Shown piece after piece: positions 16,836-25,457 of a stretch of 34,584 bases of DNA. Under the pieces are notes generated by a model. It was not told the DNA's origin, searched no databases, and saw nothing but the letters and a program-made list of their open reading frames with translations. The stretch covers positions 1-34,584 of the forward strand of contig JBAXQP010000001.1 in the NCBI GenBank assembly GCA_037131655.1, given 5' to 3'. The DNA is from a bacterium. GTDB lineage: Bacteria > Armatimonadota > Fimbriimonadia > Fimbriimonadales > JBAXQP01. The translations under genes and the position numbers were made by a program. Each line of letters opens with the position of its first letter. Position 1 is the stretch's first letter.

Positions 16836-17570
16836 ATGGGTGAGAAGAAGCTGGAAGGTAAAGTCGCTATAGTGACTGGGGCTGGAAGAGGGATTGGGCG
16901 TGGGATCGCTGAATTCTTTGCTGAAAACGGCGCTACGGTGGTTATTACCGCTCGAACGGAATCGCAGGTTGAGGCTGTTCGGGCGAAGATATGTAAAATG
17001 GGCGGTCAAGTCCTGGCTCTAACGGGGGATATCACGGATGAAGCGTTTGTCGACCGACTTTTTGAAGCGACCGTGCGCGAGTTCGACAAGTTGGACATTT
17101 TGATTAACAACGCTGGCATTTACCCCTTTGGCCCGGTCGAGCAACTGCCGATTGCAGATTTTAGAGAGTGCCTAGAAGTCAATGTGGTGGCTGTTTTTAA
17201 CTGCATCCAGCATGCGGTTCGGATAATGAAGGCTCAGGGTGGAACGGGCAAAATTATCAATATTGGCTCAGTCCGTTCCCACTGGACTGAGGGAGGCGAT
17301 GCGGGGGCTTATAATGCCAGCAAATACGGATTAAAAGGCCTCACTGAATCGGTTGCGCGTGAGTTGCATGGTTCCGGATTGAACATAGCCGTCGGCATGA
17401 TGTGCCCAGGATGCGTTCACTTAAAATATGCAGAAACGGATGAGACCCCTGAACCCGGTGAACTCACCCCGAGAATGATTGCCGAAGGCGTCCTTCACGC
17501 AGTAACAGCGCCAGCAGGGATTAACGTTTACGACACGACCATTTTCCCGATGTATCAAAAACCCTGGTAA
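16836..17570 (+). CDS. Classical short-chain dehydrogenase/reductase
   Basis: The start is moved to the ATG at 16836 ([21 protein letters not shown]). The track start at 16722 lies inside the pst terminator hairpin. Motifs [12 protein letters not shown] and [10 protein letters not shown] are present. Confidence 0.85.
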   Translation: MGEKKLEGKVAIVTGAGRGIGRGIAEFFAENGATVVITARTESQVEAVRAKICKMGGQVLALTGDITDEAFVDRLFEATVREFDKLDILINNAGIYPFGPVEQLPIADFRECLEVNVVAVFNCIQHAVRIMKAQGGTGKIINIGSVRSHWTEGGDAGAYNASKYGLKGLTESVARELHGSGLNIAVGMMCPGCVHLKYAETDETPEPGELTPRMIAEGVLHAVTAPAGINVYDTTIFPMYQKPW

Positions 17571-17592
17571 CCCTCACCCCTTCTCGTGAAGT

Positions 17593-17748
17593 CCCTCTCC
17601 CACGCTGCGGGAGAGGGAAAAAGTATAAATTAGAAGCTTCTCTCTATGTCATTGCGAGAGATGAGGTATGCCCGTGGCAATCTCCCCCAAGACCCCTTTG
17701 TATTCCCCCTTGGAAAAGGGGGAAATCCGGATCCGTGCTTCGATCCGG
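17593..17748. repeat. Cluster of REP-like palindromic units (copy A)
   Basis: Four elements are visible. CCCTCTCC-N9-GGAGAGGG is at 17593-17617. The GTCATTGCGAG...GCAAT unit is at 17648-17690. The unit GACCCCTTTGTATTCCCCCTTGGAAAAGGGGGAA at 17691-17724 has an 8-bp stem TCCCCCTT/AAGGGGGA. CCGGATC-N8-GATCCGG is at 17727-17748. The cluster lies between convergent genes. Confidence 0.7.
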
Positions 17749-17815
17749 TCTGAGTTTTGATCTCTGATTTTCACTCCGAGATACGTACTACGCAATACGT
17801 TCCCTTTCGCCTAAG

Positions 17816-19468
17816 CTACATTTCCACGACAACAGGAACGATAACGGGGCGTCGTTGGGCTTTTTTGCGTAGGAATTTTTTGAGGACGTCGGCTAGTTCT
17901 TCTTCGACTGCGTTGCTATCCGCGGTTTCTGCAGGAGAAAGCTCGGCAAGTTTGTCCATGATGAGCTTTTTGGCTTCTTCCCATAGACTATCATCTGTGA
18001 CTGCCAGTCCTTTAATTACGAATTCAGGCTCAGTTAGCACTTCGCCGGTTTCAGCGCTCAACCCGACCAGCACCATGACGATACCGTCACTTGCCAGATG
18101 CCGCCTATCTCGAACGATTTCTTCAGGAATTCCACTCCCACCGCCTGAATCGATAAGCACTCGCCCTGAAGGCACTTTTTCACCCTTTTCGATACCTTCA
18201 GAAGTGAGGATTAAACGGTCACCTAAATCTAACTGAACAATTTGATCGTTCGTCCAGCCCATATTGAGAGCCATTTCACGGTAAAGATGTTGATGCCGTG
18301 GTTCTCCATGAACAGGGGCAAGGTAATAGGGCCGAAGGAGGCAGAGCATGAGCTTGAGTTCTTCTTGGTGGGCATGGCCGGAGGCATGGACGGGGGCTAT
18401 TTCTGTATAAATGACATTTGCACCCTGTCGGACGAGACGATTAATAGTCTTTCGTATTAAAGATTCATTGCCCGGAATAGGGCTTGCCGATAAAATGACC
18501 GTATCGCCAGGCGTGATTTTCATGCGAGGATACTCATCCTGAGCCATTAGGCTGAGGGCTGATAGTGGTTCTCCCTGAGAACCGGTGGTCATAATTAACA
18601 CTTCGTTAGGCGCATACTGATCGATATCTTGAACTCGAATTCTTAAATCGCTTGGATATTTGAGATAGCCGAGGTCGCGAGCGATTTCGCATGTCTGTTC
18701 GATACGCCGTCCAACTACTGCCACTTTTCGGCCAGCATTTTTTGCGCAATCCATCACTTGTTGAAGTCGGTGAATATTAGAGGCAAAAGTAGTGACCAAA
18801 ACTCGACCAGGGGCTTTGTCGATAATACGCCCAAGTTCTTCCCCAACTAATCGTTCCGACGGCCCCCAACCAGGGCAGTCAACATTGGTGGTATCACTCA
18901 TGAGCAGCAGGACGCCATTATCGCCCAGACGTCCTAAGAGAGCCATATCGGAGAGCTTCCCGCCAATCGGGGTGAGGTCGAACTTGAAGTCGCCCGTCAT
19001 CACGATTGTGCCTAATGAGGTCTTGATAGCGATGCTGCAGGTTTCAGGAATGCTGTGGGTGACTCGAACAGGCAGGACTTCAAAAACGCCTACATGGAAT
19101 GCCTCGCCAGGGATCATCGGGATAAGCTCAGTATTCTCTATCAGCCCTTTTTCCGTGAGTTTATGCCGAATAAGAGCCAGAGTCATCTCCGTGCCATAGA
19201 CGGGCACATTGATTTCAGGAAGAACATAAGGCAGTGCGCCGACGTGGTCTTCGTGCCCGTGGGTGAGGACTATCCCTTTTACCTCATCCTTATGCTCGAT
19301 CAGATACTGAATATCCGGAACCACCAGATCAACGCCATAAAGCTCGTCAGTAGGAAAAGCGAGGCCAGCGTCGACAATAAGAATCTGCTCCTGGTGCCGA
19401 AGCACCATCATATTCTTTCCAATCTCCCCCACGCCACCAAGCGGAATTACTTCAACCATATCACTCAA
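17816..19468 (-). CDS. rnj: Ribonuclease J (metallo-beta-lactamase / beta-CASP)
   Basis: 550 aa. The N-terminal pattern is VIPLGGVGEIGKNM and the HxHxDH motif is THGHEDHVGALP. The track start is TTG at 19468; an ATG at 19459 (MVEVIPLGG) is an alternative. Confidence 0.9.
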   Translation of the reverse strand: MSDMVEVIPLGGVGEIGKNMMVLRHQEQILIVDAGLAFPTDELYGVDLVVPDIQYLIEHKDEVKGIVLTHGHEDHVGALPYVLPEINVPVYGTEMTLALIRHKLTEKGLIENTELIPMIPGEAFHVGVFEVLPVRVTHSIPETCSIAIKTSLGTIVMTGDFKFDLTPIGGKLSDMALLGRLGDNGVLLLMSDTTNVDCPGWGPSERLVGEELGRIIDKAPGRVLVTTFASNIHRLQQVMDCAKNAGRKVAVVGRRIEQTCEIARDLGYLKYPSDLRIRVQDIDQYAPNEVLIMTTGSQGEPLSALSLMAQDEYPRMKITPGDTVILSASPIPGNESLIRKTINRLVRQGANVIYTEIAPVHASGHAHQEELKLMLCLLRPYYLAPVHGEPRHQHLYREMALNMGWTNDQIVQLDLGDRLILTSEGIEKGEKVPSGRVLIDSGGGSGIPEEIVRDRRHLASDGIVMVLVGLSAETGEVLTEPEFVIKGLAVTDDSLWEEAKKLIMDKLAELSPAETADSNAVEEELADVLKKFLRKKAQRRPVIVPVVVEM

Positions 19469-19518
19469 AGTCCAACACCTATCCCATAAACATTTTCCCC
19501 CATATTACCCTAACAAAC

Positions 19519-19542
19519 AAGGCAGGCCGATAGGCCTGCCTT
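19519..19542 (-). terminator. Stem-loop downstream of the 261-aa hypothetical gene
   Basis: AAGGCAGGCC-gata-GGCCTGCCTT forms a perfect 10-bp stem. On the minus strand it is followed by GTTTGTT, a weak U-tract. Confidence 0.55.
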
Positions 19543-19587
19543 TGAGGGTTGAAATCAATGGGTTATGTCCCTTAGCTTCTATTTAGC

Positions 19588-20373
19588 TTAATCAATGAAA
19601 TTGCCGTTCAACACGCTTGCTTCATAGGTGGCGATGGCTTTTTCTAGGCCGCCTTCGACGAAGTAGATTTTTTGGCGGAAAGTTTCGGTGGCGCCTGGGG
19701 CGAGAGTTGGGACTGGGCATTGGTTGGAGTGGATGCACATTAGTCTTGACGCAGAATTGTGAAAGACGCAGCGATAGTTTTCGGATGCGGTTGCGATGGA
19801 GCGCTTGCCGTCTTTGGATACGCATACCATCAGCGGATAGTCGGAATAATGGTTCTCGCGGTTTTCACCCCAACAGGCATCCCAATAATCAGTATTTCCG
19901 CTTTCAAGATAATCCTTTTTATAATAGACTGAATGAGCTTGTTGAGGTGCGAGTTCTGATAGCGGCATCCATTTGCCTTCGGTTCGAATGAAAATGCGCG
20001 TATGATCGCCGCAGGCAAAATCAGGGGATTCCTTCAGATGGCAGCAGTTCTGCACACTAACCTTCTCAAGCATTTCGCGAGAGCGGTTGGTGACATGAAC
20101 ATTCAGCATGAGCGAACTCTCTTCAGCCTTTAAGACGGCTTCCACTAGCGCTTGAGGTTTGAGGTCATAAACCCAGCTAACTCCGCTATCTCTTACTATA
20201 AAATCTTGATAGGCCCCATCGGGATTCCAATTCTCCCAAACGGGTCCAACAGCTTCGGGAAACCAGAGCAAAACCGTATTGCCCGGCCACTCATCCGTTC
20301 TTATCTGAACTTGAGTAATCCCGTTTTCTCTTCCCTCAGTTTTCTTATCTACTGTAACAAATCGAAACCGCAT
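19588..20373 (-). CDS. Hypothetical protein, no recognisable family
   Basis: I prefer the ATG at 20373 (MRFRFVTVDKK), which has GGAGG 5 nt upstream, over the track start at 20442. The protein is 261 aa with no signal peptide or TM segment. It is rich in Trp, Cys and His (CCHLKESPDFACGDH, DYWDACWGENRENHYSDY, CIHSNQCPVP). Confidence 0.6.
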   Translation of the reverse strand: MRFRFVTVDKKTEGRENGITQVQIRTDEWPGNTVLLWFPEAVGPVWENWNPDGAYQDFIVRDSGVSWVYDLKPQALVEAVLKAEESSLMLNVHVTNRSREMLEKVSVQNCCHLKESPDFACGDHTRIFIRTEGKWMPLSELAPQQAHSVYYKKDYLESGNTDYWDACWGENRENHYSDYPLMVCVSKDGKRSIATASENYRCVFHNSASRLMCIHSNQCPVPTLAPGATETFRQKIYFVEGGLEKAIATYEASVLNGNFID

Positions 20374-20488
20374 TTCCGCCTCCTTGATGTAAGATAGCAT
20401 ACCCGCTAAAGCTTCATTCTTTCGTCCGTTAGAGGGTAACATAATAAGACACTTCGTTAAGGGATATTAGGAGTAGGAGTCAACCCGC

Positions 20489-21763
20489 ATGGCAATTATC
20501 AAACCATTTTGTGCAGTTCGTTATACGATGCCAATCGATACAGTTGTGGCACCGCCATATGATGTTATTTCGCCCGAAGATAGGCAAAAATTAGGGCAAT
20601 CGAATGCTTATAATATCGTTCATCTCACCCTTCCTGAGGGCAAATCTGATGATCGCAGTCAGTATGTGAAATATGCTCAAGCCGCCGCTAGGCTGACCGA
20701 ATGGCGTAGAGAGCAACAGCTAGTCCCCGATCAAAAACCGGGCTATTATTTATATCGACAGACATTCACCGATCCGGTTACGGGGCAAAAACATAAGCGC
20801 TCCGCCATTATCGGCCTTCTTCGATCGGAACCTTATGAGACCGGCACAGTCATGCCCCACGAGCAGACTTTCCCAGGTCATAAGGAAGACCGCTTACGAT
20901 TACTTGAAGCCACGAGAACTCATCTTGAATGTATTTATGGCATGTATGATGATGCCAACGGCAAGATCAAGCAGACGTTGGAGAACGCAACATTCGAGCC
21001 GCTCTGTTCAACGGAAACGCCTGATGGCATTTATCACGAACTTTACGTGTGCGATGACGAGCAGACCAACGTCGAAATTGAAGGGTTGTTTGCGGACAAG
21101 CGTATTTTGATCGCTGATGGTCATCATCGGTACGAGACGATTTTGAACTTCCGAAAGCAATATGTTCAGGCTACCGGCACGGTACCTGAGGATTTCCTCC
21201 CTGTCGCATTTACCGCATTGCAAGACCCAGGTTTGATTGTCCTGCCTACTCATCGTATGGTCAAATCAATGCCGCCTGAAGTGATGGCTAACTTCCCCGC
21301 GAAATTGGAAGAATACTTCCAAGTCGATGAAGTTAAAGTCGAAGAGCTTCCGGAGATGGTGCGCAAGGCCGCTAGTAATGGTGCGCGTGTTGTTGGGATC
21401 GTCCTTCCTAATAAGGGTTACCTCTGCACTTTGCGCGACATCGATATCATGGATAAAGTTGTCGAGGAAGAGCATTCGATGGTATGGAAGCGGTTGGATG
21501 TTACCGTCCTGCATACATTGATGATGGAGAAGCTGCTTGGACTGCCGAAGGGTGTCGAGGCTTATACTCGCGACGATAATGAGGTTCTCGACAAGGTCGG
21601 TTCCGGCGAATTCGCAGCCGGTTTCATGATTAATGCGCCGACAGTTGATGAGACACGAGAGATTGCATCGAGTGGAGAAAAGATGCCGCAGAAATCCACT
21701 TTCTTCTATCCTAAACTGCTGTCCGGTTTAGTGATGTGGAGCTTTGGCGACGGCATCGGTTAG
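20489..21763 (+). CDS. DUF1015-family protein
   Basis: 424 aa. The N-terminus IKPFCAVRYT...VVAPPYDVISPED and the internal ILIADGHHRYET are as I recall for DUF1015/COG4198. Confidence 0.7.
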   Translation: MAIIKPFCAVRYTMPIDTVVAPPYDVISPEDRQKLGQSNAYNIVHLTLPEGKSDDRSQYVKYAQAAARLTEWRREQQLVPDQKPGYYLYRQTFTDPVTGQKHKRSAIIGLLRSEPYETGTVMPHEQTFPGHKEDRLRLLEATRTHLECIYGMYDDANGKIKQTLENATFEPLCSTETPDGIYHELYVCDDEQTNVEIEGLFADKRILIADGHHRYETILNFRKQYVQATGTVPEDFLPVAFTALQDPGLIVLPTHRMVKSMPPEVMANFPAKLEEYFQVDEVKVEELPEMVRKAASNGARVVGIVLPNKGYLCTLRDIDIMDKVVEEEHSMVWKRLDVTVLHTLMMEKLLGLPKGVEAYTRDDNEVLDKVGSGEFAAGFMINAPTVDETREIASSGEKMPQKSTFFYPKLLSGLVMWSFGDGIG

Positions 21764-21784
21764 TTCGCAATTACTTAAGAGCTT

Positions 21785-22570
21785 ATGAACTTATCACAGT
21801 GGATTTTAGCAGTCGGGCTGGCGTTTCTAATTGTTGCGCCAGCCTTCTTATTAAGATGGTTGACATTCGGCGGAGCGATGGCAGCCTTTTGTATCGGCGC
21901 GGCTGTTTTTGGGGCAGGTGGATGGAGAGCTTCTGTTCCTCTATTGCTCTTCTTTTTAAGTTCAAATGCACTTGGCCGGGTCGGTCGAAACCGCAAGCGA
22001 GAGATTCAAGAAGACTTTGCAGAAGAGAACAGGGATTGGGCGCAGGTGTTGGCGAATGGGGCTGTCGGAACGCTCTGCTGCCTGTGGGCATATTATGACT
22101 ATAATCCCCATGCTTTAGGCGCCTTCATTGGAGCTTTTGCTGCAGCCAATGCCGATACTTGGGCAACGGAAATCGGCATATTAGTCGGACGTAACCCGTT
22201 CAATATCGCTACCGGTCAACCGGCTGAACCGGGTGTATCCGGCGCAGTCACTTTTCAGGGTTGGGGCGCTGCAATAGCGGGAGGAATTGTTGTGGGCATG
22301 AGCGGATTGCTGTGGCACTCATGGGCGGCGCCGTTTAAATTCGGTCTCATAGGTTGGGCAGCAAGCCTTGTTGATAGTCTTTTAGGAGCGACACTTCAAG
22401 CCAGATACTTCTGTTCTATCTGTGGAAAGACTCTGGAGAAGTCAACCTGTTGCGGCCAATGCTCGATAAAGGTAAGCGGCTTAAAATGGATGACCAACGA
22501 TACAGTGAACCTATTTTGCACTCTAACCGGAGCCATTCTCGGACTATTTGTTCCAATAACAATCGGTTGA
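21785..22570 (+). CDS. DUF92/COG1836-family integral membrane protein with an inserted Cys cluster
   Basis: 261 aa and polytopic. It has QVLANGAVGTL and AAANADTWATEIG motifs typical of DUF92. The extra CSICGKTLEKSTCCGQC is encoded at nt 22412-22462. Confidence 0.7.
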   Translation: MNLSQWILAVGLAFLIVAPAFLLRWLTFGGAMAAFCIGAAVFGAGGWRASVPLLLFFLSSNALGRVGRNRKREIQEDFAEENRDWAQVLANGAVGTLCCLWAYYDYNPHALGAFIGAFAAANADTWATEIGILVGRNPFNIATGQPAEPGVSGAVTFQGWGAAIAGGIVVGMSGLLWHSWAAPFKFGLIGWAASLVDSLLGATLQARYFCSICGKTLEKSTCCGQCSIKVSGLKWMTNDTVNLFCTLTGAILGLFVPITIG

Positions 22571-22571
22571 A

Positions 22572-23186
22572 CTATTTAGCCGGTTTGATTAGCTTGGCAG
22601 GATTATTGGGCTTAGGAGATGGTGTTGGCATCGCTGTCGGCTTCGGATTTGCAGGAAGTGTCGGGCTAACTCCAGTTGGATTCACGGGGTTCTTTTCAAC
22701 TAAGGGTGGAACATAGATACTTCCGCTGGCATCAGTCCATTCCTTCTTGTCCAAACCTTCTATTTTATAGATCCCGCGACCGTTGAATTGGCACATACCA
22801 ATACCATTAAAAGTCCCTTTGGTTTTTGCGCCGAGGTACATTATCTTTTTGAATTCGCCGCCAATGATTTTAACGGTGCCTTTGCCGTAATAACCGACTC
22901 GTTCAACAGCCTTGCCGGCTTGTGTTACTGTTTTTGGCCCATATTCAAGCTTAAGCGTTGGGGGTATGACAATTTTTTGAGCCTTTAAGCCAACTAAAAA
23001 GAGCGCACCATTCATTTCAAATGTGGCGTCACCCATTCCGTTGATCTCAAACGATCCATCACCATCGAAAGTTACTTTTGATGGTTTGATCGGCTGATCT
23101 TCCCGTAATGACTTCCATTCAAATTTCCCTTGCGCAAAGGCAAGTCCACAGCAAACAAGGCAGAGTACAACTGGACGGAAACGCAT
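22572..23186 (-). CDS. Secreted hypothetical protein with a Pro/Lys-rich C-terminal tail
   Basis: I prefer the ATG at 23186 (MRFRPVVLCLVCCGLAFAQG signal peptide), in frame with the track ORF. The tail is PVNPTGVSPTLPANPKPTAMPTPSPKPNNPAKLIKPAK. No family was recognised. Confidence 0.6.
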   Translation of the reverse strand: MRFRPVVLCLVCCGLAFAQGKFEWKSLREDQPIKPSKVTFDGDGSFEINGMGDATFEMNGALFLVGLKAQKIVIPPTLKLEYGPKTVTQAGKAVERVGYYGKGTVKIIGGEFKKIMYLGAKTKGTFNGIGMCQFNGRGIYKIEGLDKKEWTDASGSIYVPPLVEKNPVNPTGVSPTLPANPKPTAMPTPSPKPNNPAKLIKPAK

Positions 23187-23255
23187 AACACTAACACCCC
23201 TACGCAAAATAATACCTGTGTGCGCGCCATTAATGATAATAATCAAGCTAAAAGA

Positions 23256-24314
23256 CTAAATCGCGCCTTTTTCTACTTGGCCGCGGCTGGGGTCGACGAT
23301 AACTCCGTTGAAGATGGCGGCATTGGATTTGACGTGGCAATCCTTGCCGATGATGCAGCGTTCGATGTAAGTATTGCGTTGAACCCGAGCGCCTTTCCAC
23401 ATCAGGCTGCTCATAACAGTTGCGCCCTCCTCGACGACGCAATTATCGCCGAGAACGCTTCCTTCGAGCACCTTCGCGCCAGGTTCAATCACGCAATTAT
23501 TGCCGATCACTACGGGGTATCCGATGTTTTCGGGTTTCGTGCGAATATCAGTGTTTTCGCCAATCCAAACATACTTATGATGCTGCTTAAAGGGGAACTT
23601 CAGATCGACCTTACCTTCCATCGCATCGGTCTGTGTTTTGCGATAGATGTTTAGATCGCCAACGTCCTTCCAATAAGCGCTGGTGAGGAAGCCATAAAAT
23701 GGACGCTTCTGTTCTAATAATAAGGGGAGTAGATTTTTTCCTAAGCCATAACTTACACCACGAGGGATGAGGTCGAATACCGTTGGGTCGAAGACATAGA
23801 CCCCCGTGTTGGCGGTGTTGGAGAAGATAACTTCACCCTTGGGCTTTTCGAGGAATCGAGTGATCTTGCCTCTCTCATTTTGAAGCGCAATACCATATTC
23901 GGAAGGGTCGTCCACCAAAGACAGCGCGATGGTCGCGATGGCTTTTTTCTCTTTGTGAAATCGAATCAGGCGGGATAGGTCTAAATCAGTAAGAGCATCG
24001 CCGCCAATCACTAAGAAAGTGTCATTAAAGAACTTATCAACGCGTTTAATGCTACCGGCGTCACCCCAAAGCTGATCTTCTTTGGAGTATGTGATTTTAA
24101 CGCCCCACTTCTTGCCATCTCCGAAGTGTTCCTCAATCTGATCGGCGAAGTAATGCAGGTTCACCATGATATTGTGGAACCCGTGTTGCTTCAGAAGCTC
24201 GATCGTATGCTCCATAACGGGCTTATTGACGATTGGAACCATCGGTTTGGGGACATTGCGAGTAAGTGGATCCAGCCTCGATCCAACCCCAGCCGCTAAA
24301 ATCATTGCTTTCAT
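23256..24314 (-). CDS. Sugar-1-phosphate nucleotidyltransferase with a C-terminal left-handed beta-helix domain
   Basis: The start is at 24314 (MKAMILAAGVGSRLDPLTRNVPKPMVPI, the G-x-G-x-R nucleotidyltransferase signature). The C-terminus has hexapeptide-repeat character. The start ATG overlaps the upstream stop by 1 nt (TAATG). Confidence 0.8.
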   Translation of the reverse strand: MKAMILAAGVGSRLDPLTRNVPKPMVPIVNKPVMEHTIELLKQHGFHNIMVNLHYFADQIEEHFGDGKKWGVKITYSKEDQLWGDAGSIKRVDKFFNDTFLVIGGDALTDLDLSRLIRFHKEKKAIATIALSLVDDPSEYGIALQNERGKITRFLEKPKGEVIFSNTANTGVYVFDPTVFDLIPRGVSYGLGKNLLPLLLEQKRPFYGFLTSAYWKDVGDLNIYRKTQTDAMEGKVDLKFPFKQHHKYVWIGENTDIRTKPENIGYPVVIGNNCVIEPGAKVLEGSVLGDNCVVEEGATVMSSLMWKGARVQRNTYIERCIIGKDCHVKSNAAIFNGVIVDPSRGQVEKGAI

Positions 24315-25432
24315 TAAATTGAAACTCGTTCCTGAGTGAACTGGCATACGAGCTCGGAAGCGAATTCTATCTGCTCTGCACTCAGATGTTGATGAATTGG
24401 CAAGGAAATGACTTCTGCTGCCGCTCTTTCCGCCTCGGGGAAATCATTTTCAGAATACCCCAGGAATTCATAGGCATTTTGGGTATGGATGCACAACGGA
24501 TAATAAATGGCGCTGTCAACTCCCCGTTCCTTGAGGAATTCTTTTAAATTATCGCGCCTTGGGTGTCGGATAGTAAATTGGTGATAGGTGTGCAGGTTAT
24601 GGTCGTGGACTTCAGGAAGCACAACGTCAACTCCGCTGAGAGCTTTCATATAGATGCTGGCATTACGTCTCCGCTGCTCAGTCCATTCTGGCAGGTGGCG
24701 AAGCTTGCTTCGAAGGATAGCCGCTTGAATCTCATCCAATCGGCTGGTATAGCCAATGTGGCGATAGATATAGCCGCCACCGTTCATACCATGCACTCTC
24801 AAGCTGCGTACGATATGATCGATTTCCGGGTCATCCGTCAATACCATTCCCGCATCGCCCGCCGCGCCTAAATTTTTAGTCGGGAAGAAACTTAATGTTG
24901 CGGCATCGCCCCATTTGGCCATCGGTTGACCATTATGCTCTGAGCCGATTGCTTGAGCGCCATCGCCTAAGACTTTCAAGCCATACTTCTTGGCGATTTC
25001 ACAAATCTCGGTCATATCCGCGCATTGACCATAGAGATGGACGGGAAGAATAGCCTTGGTTTTATCGGTGATTGCAGCTTCAATGAGATTGACATCGAGG
25101 TTGAAAGTAACCGGGTCTATGTCAACGAACACAGGTTTGGCATGGATCTGAACGAGCACTTCGACGGTGGCGACAAAAGTGAATGGGGTTGTGATAACTT
25201 CATCCCCCTCGCCAATCCCCATCGCTCCAAGCGCCAGTTTTAGGGCATCCGTACCTGAAGCTACACCGATCCCGTAATGCGTACCCTCCAAAGAGGCGAT
25301 TTCTTCTTCGAGCATAGAACAGTTTTCGCCATGAATATAGCGTCCACTTTCTAACACAGATAATACTGCGTCATCAACCTCATGCTTAATCGCATGATAT
25401 TGGCTTTGTAAATCCACCAAAGTTACACGCAT
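24314..25432 (-). CDS. DegT/DnrJ/EryC1/StrS-family sugar aminotransferase
   Basis: 372 aa. It has VASGTDALKLAL, EVITTPFTFVAT and SFFPTKNLGAAGDAG (PLP-lysine region). Confidence 0.85.
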   Translation of the reverse strand: MRVTLVDLQSQYHAIKHEVDDAVLSVLESGRYIHGENCSMLEEEIASLEGTHYGIGVASGTDALKLALGAMGIGEGDEVITTPFTFVATVEVLVQIHAKPVFVDIDPVTFNLDVNLIEAAITDKTKAILPVHLYGQCADMTEICEIAKKYGLKVLGDGAQAIGSEHNGQPMAKWGDAATLSFFPTKNLGAAGDAGMVLTDDPEIDHIVRSLRVHGMNGGGYIYRHIGYTSRLDEIQAAILRSKLRHLPEWTEQRRRNASIYMKALSGVDVVLPEVHDHNLHTYHQFTIRHPRRDNLKEFLKERGVDSAIYYPLCIHTQNAYEFLGYSENDFPEAERAAAEVISLPIHQHLSAEQIEFASELVCQFTQERVSI

Positions 25433-25457
25433 AGTTGTTCTCCAATTTTCCTAGAGG

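Noticed and set aside
17757-19489. Plus-strand ORFs of 159, 72, 135 and 144 aa opposite rnj
   Set aside because: They overlap the well-supported RNase J frame. Their translations are Ser/Pro/Arg-rich low-complexity sequence. They are shadow ORFs.
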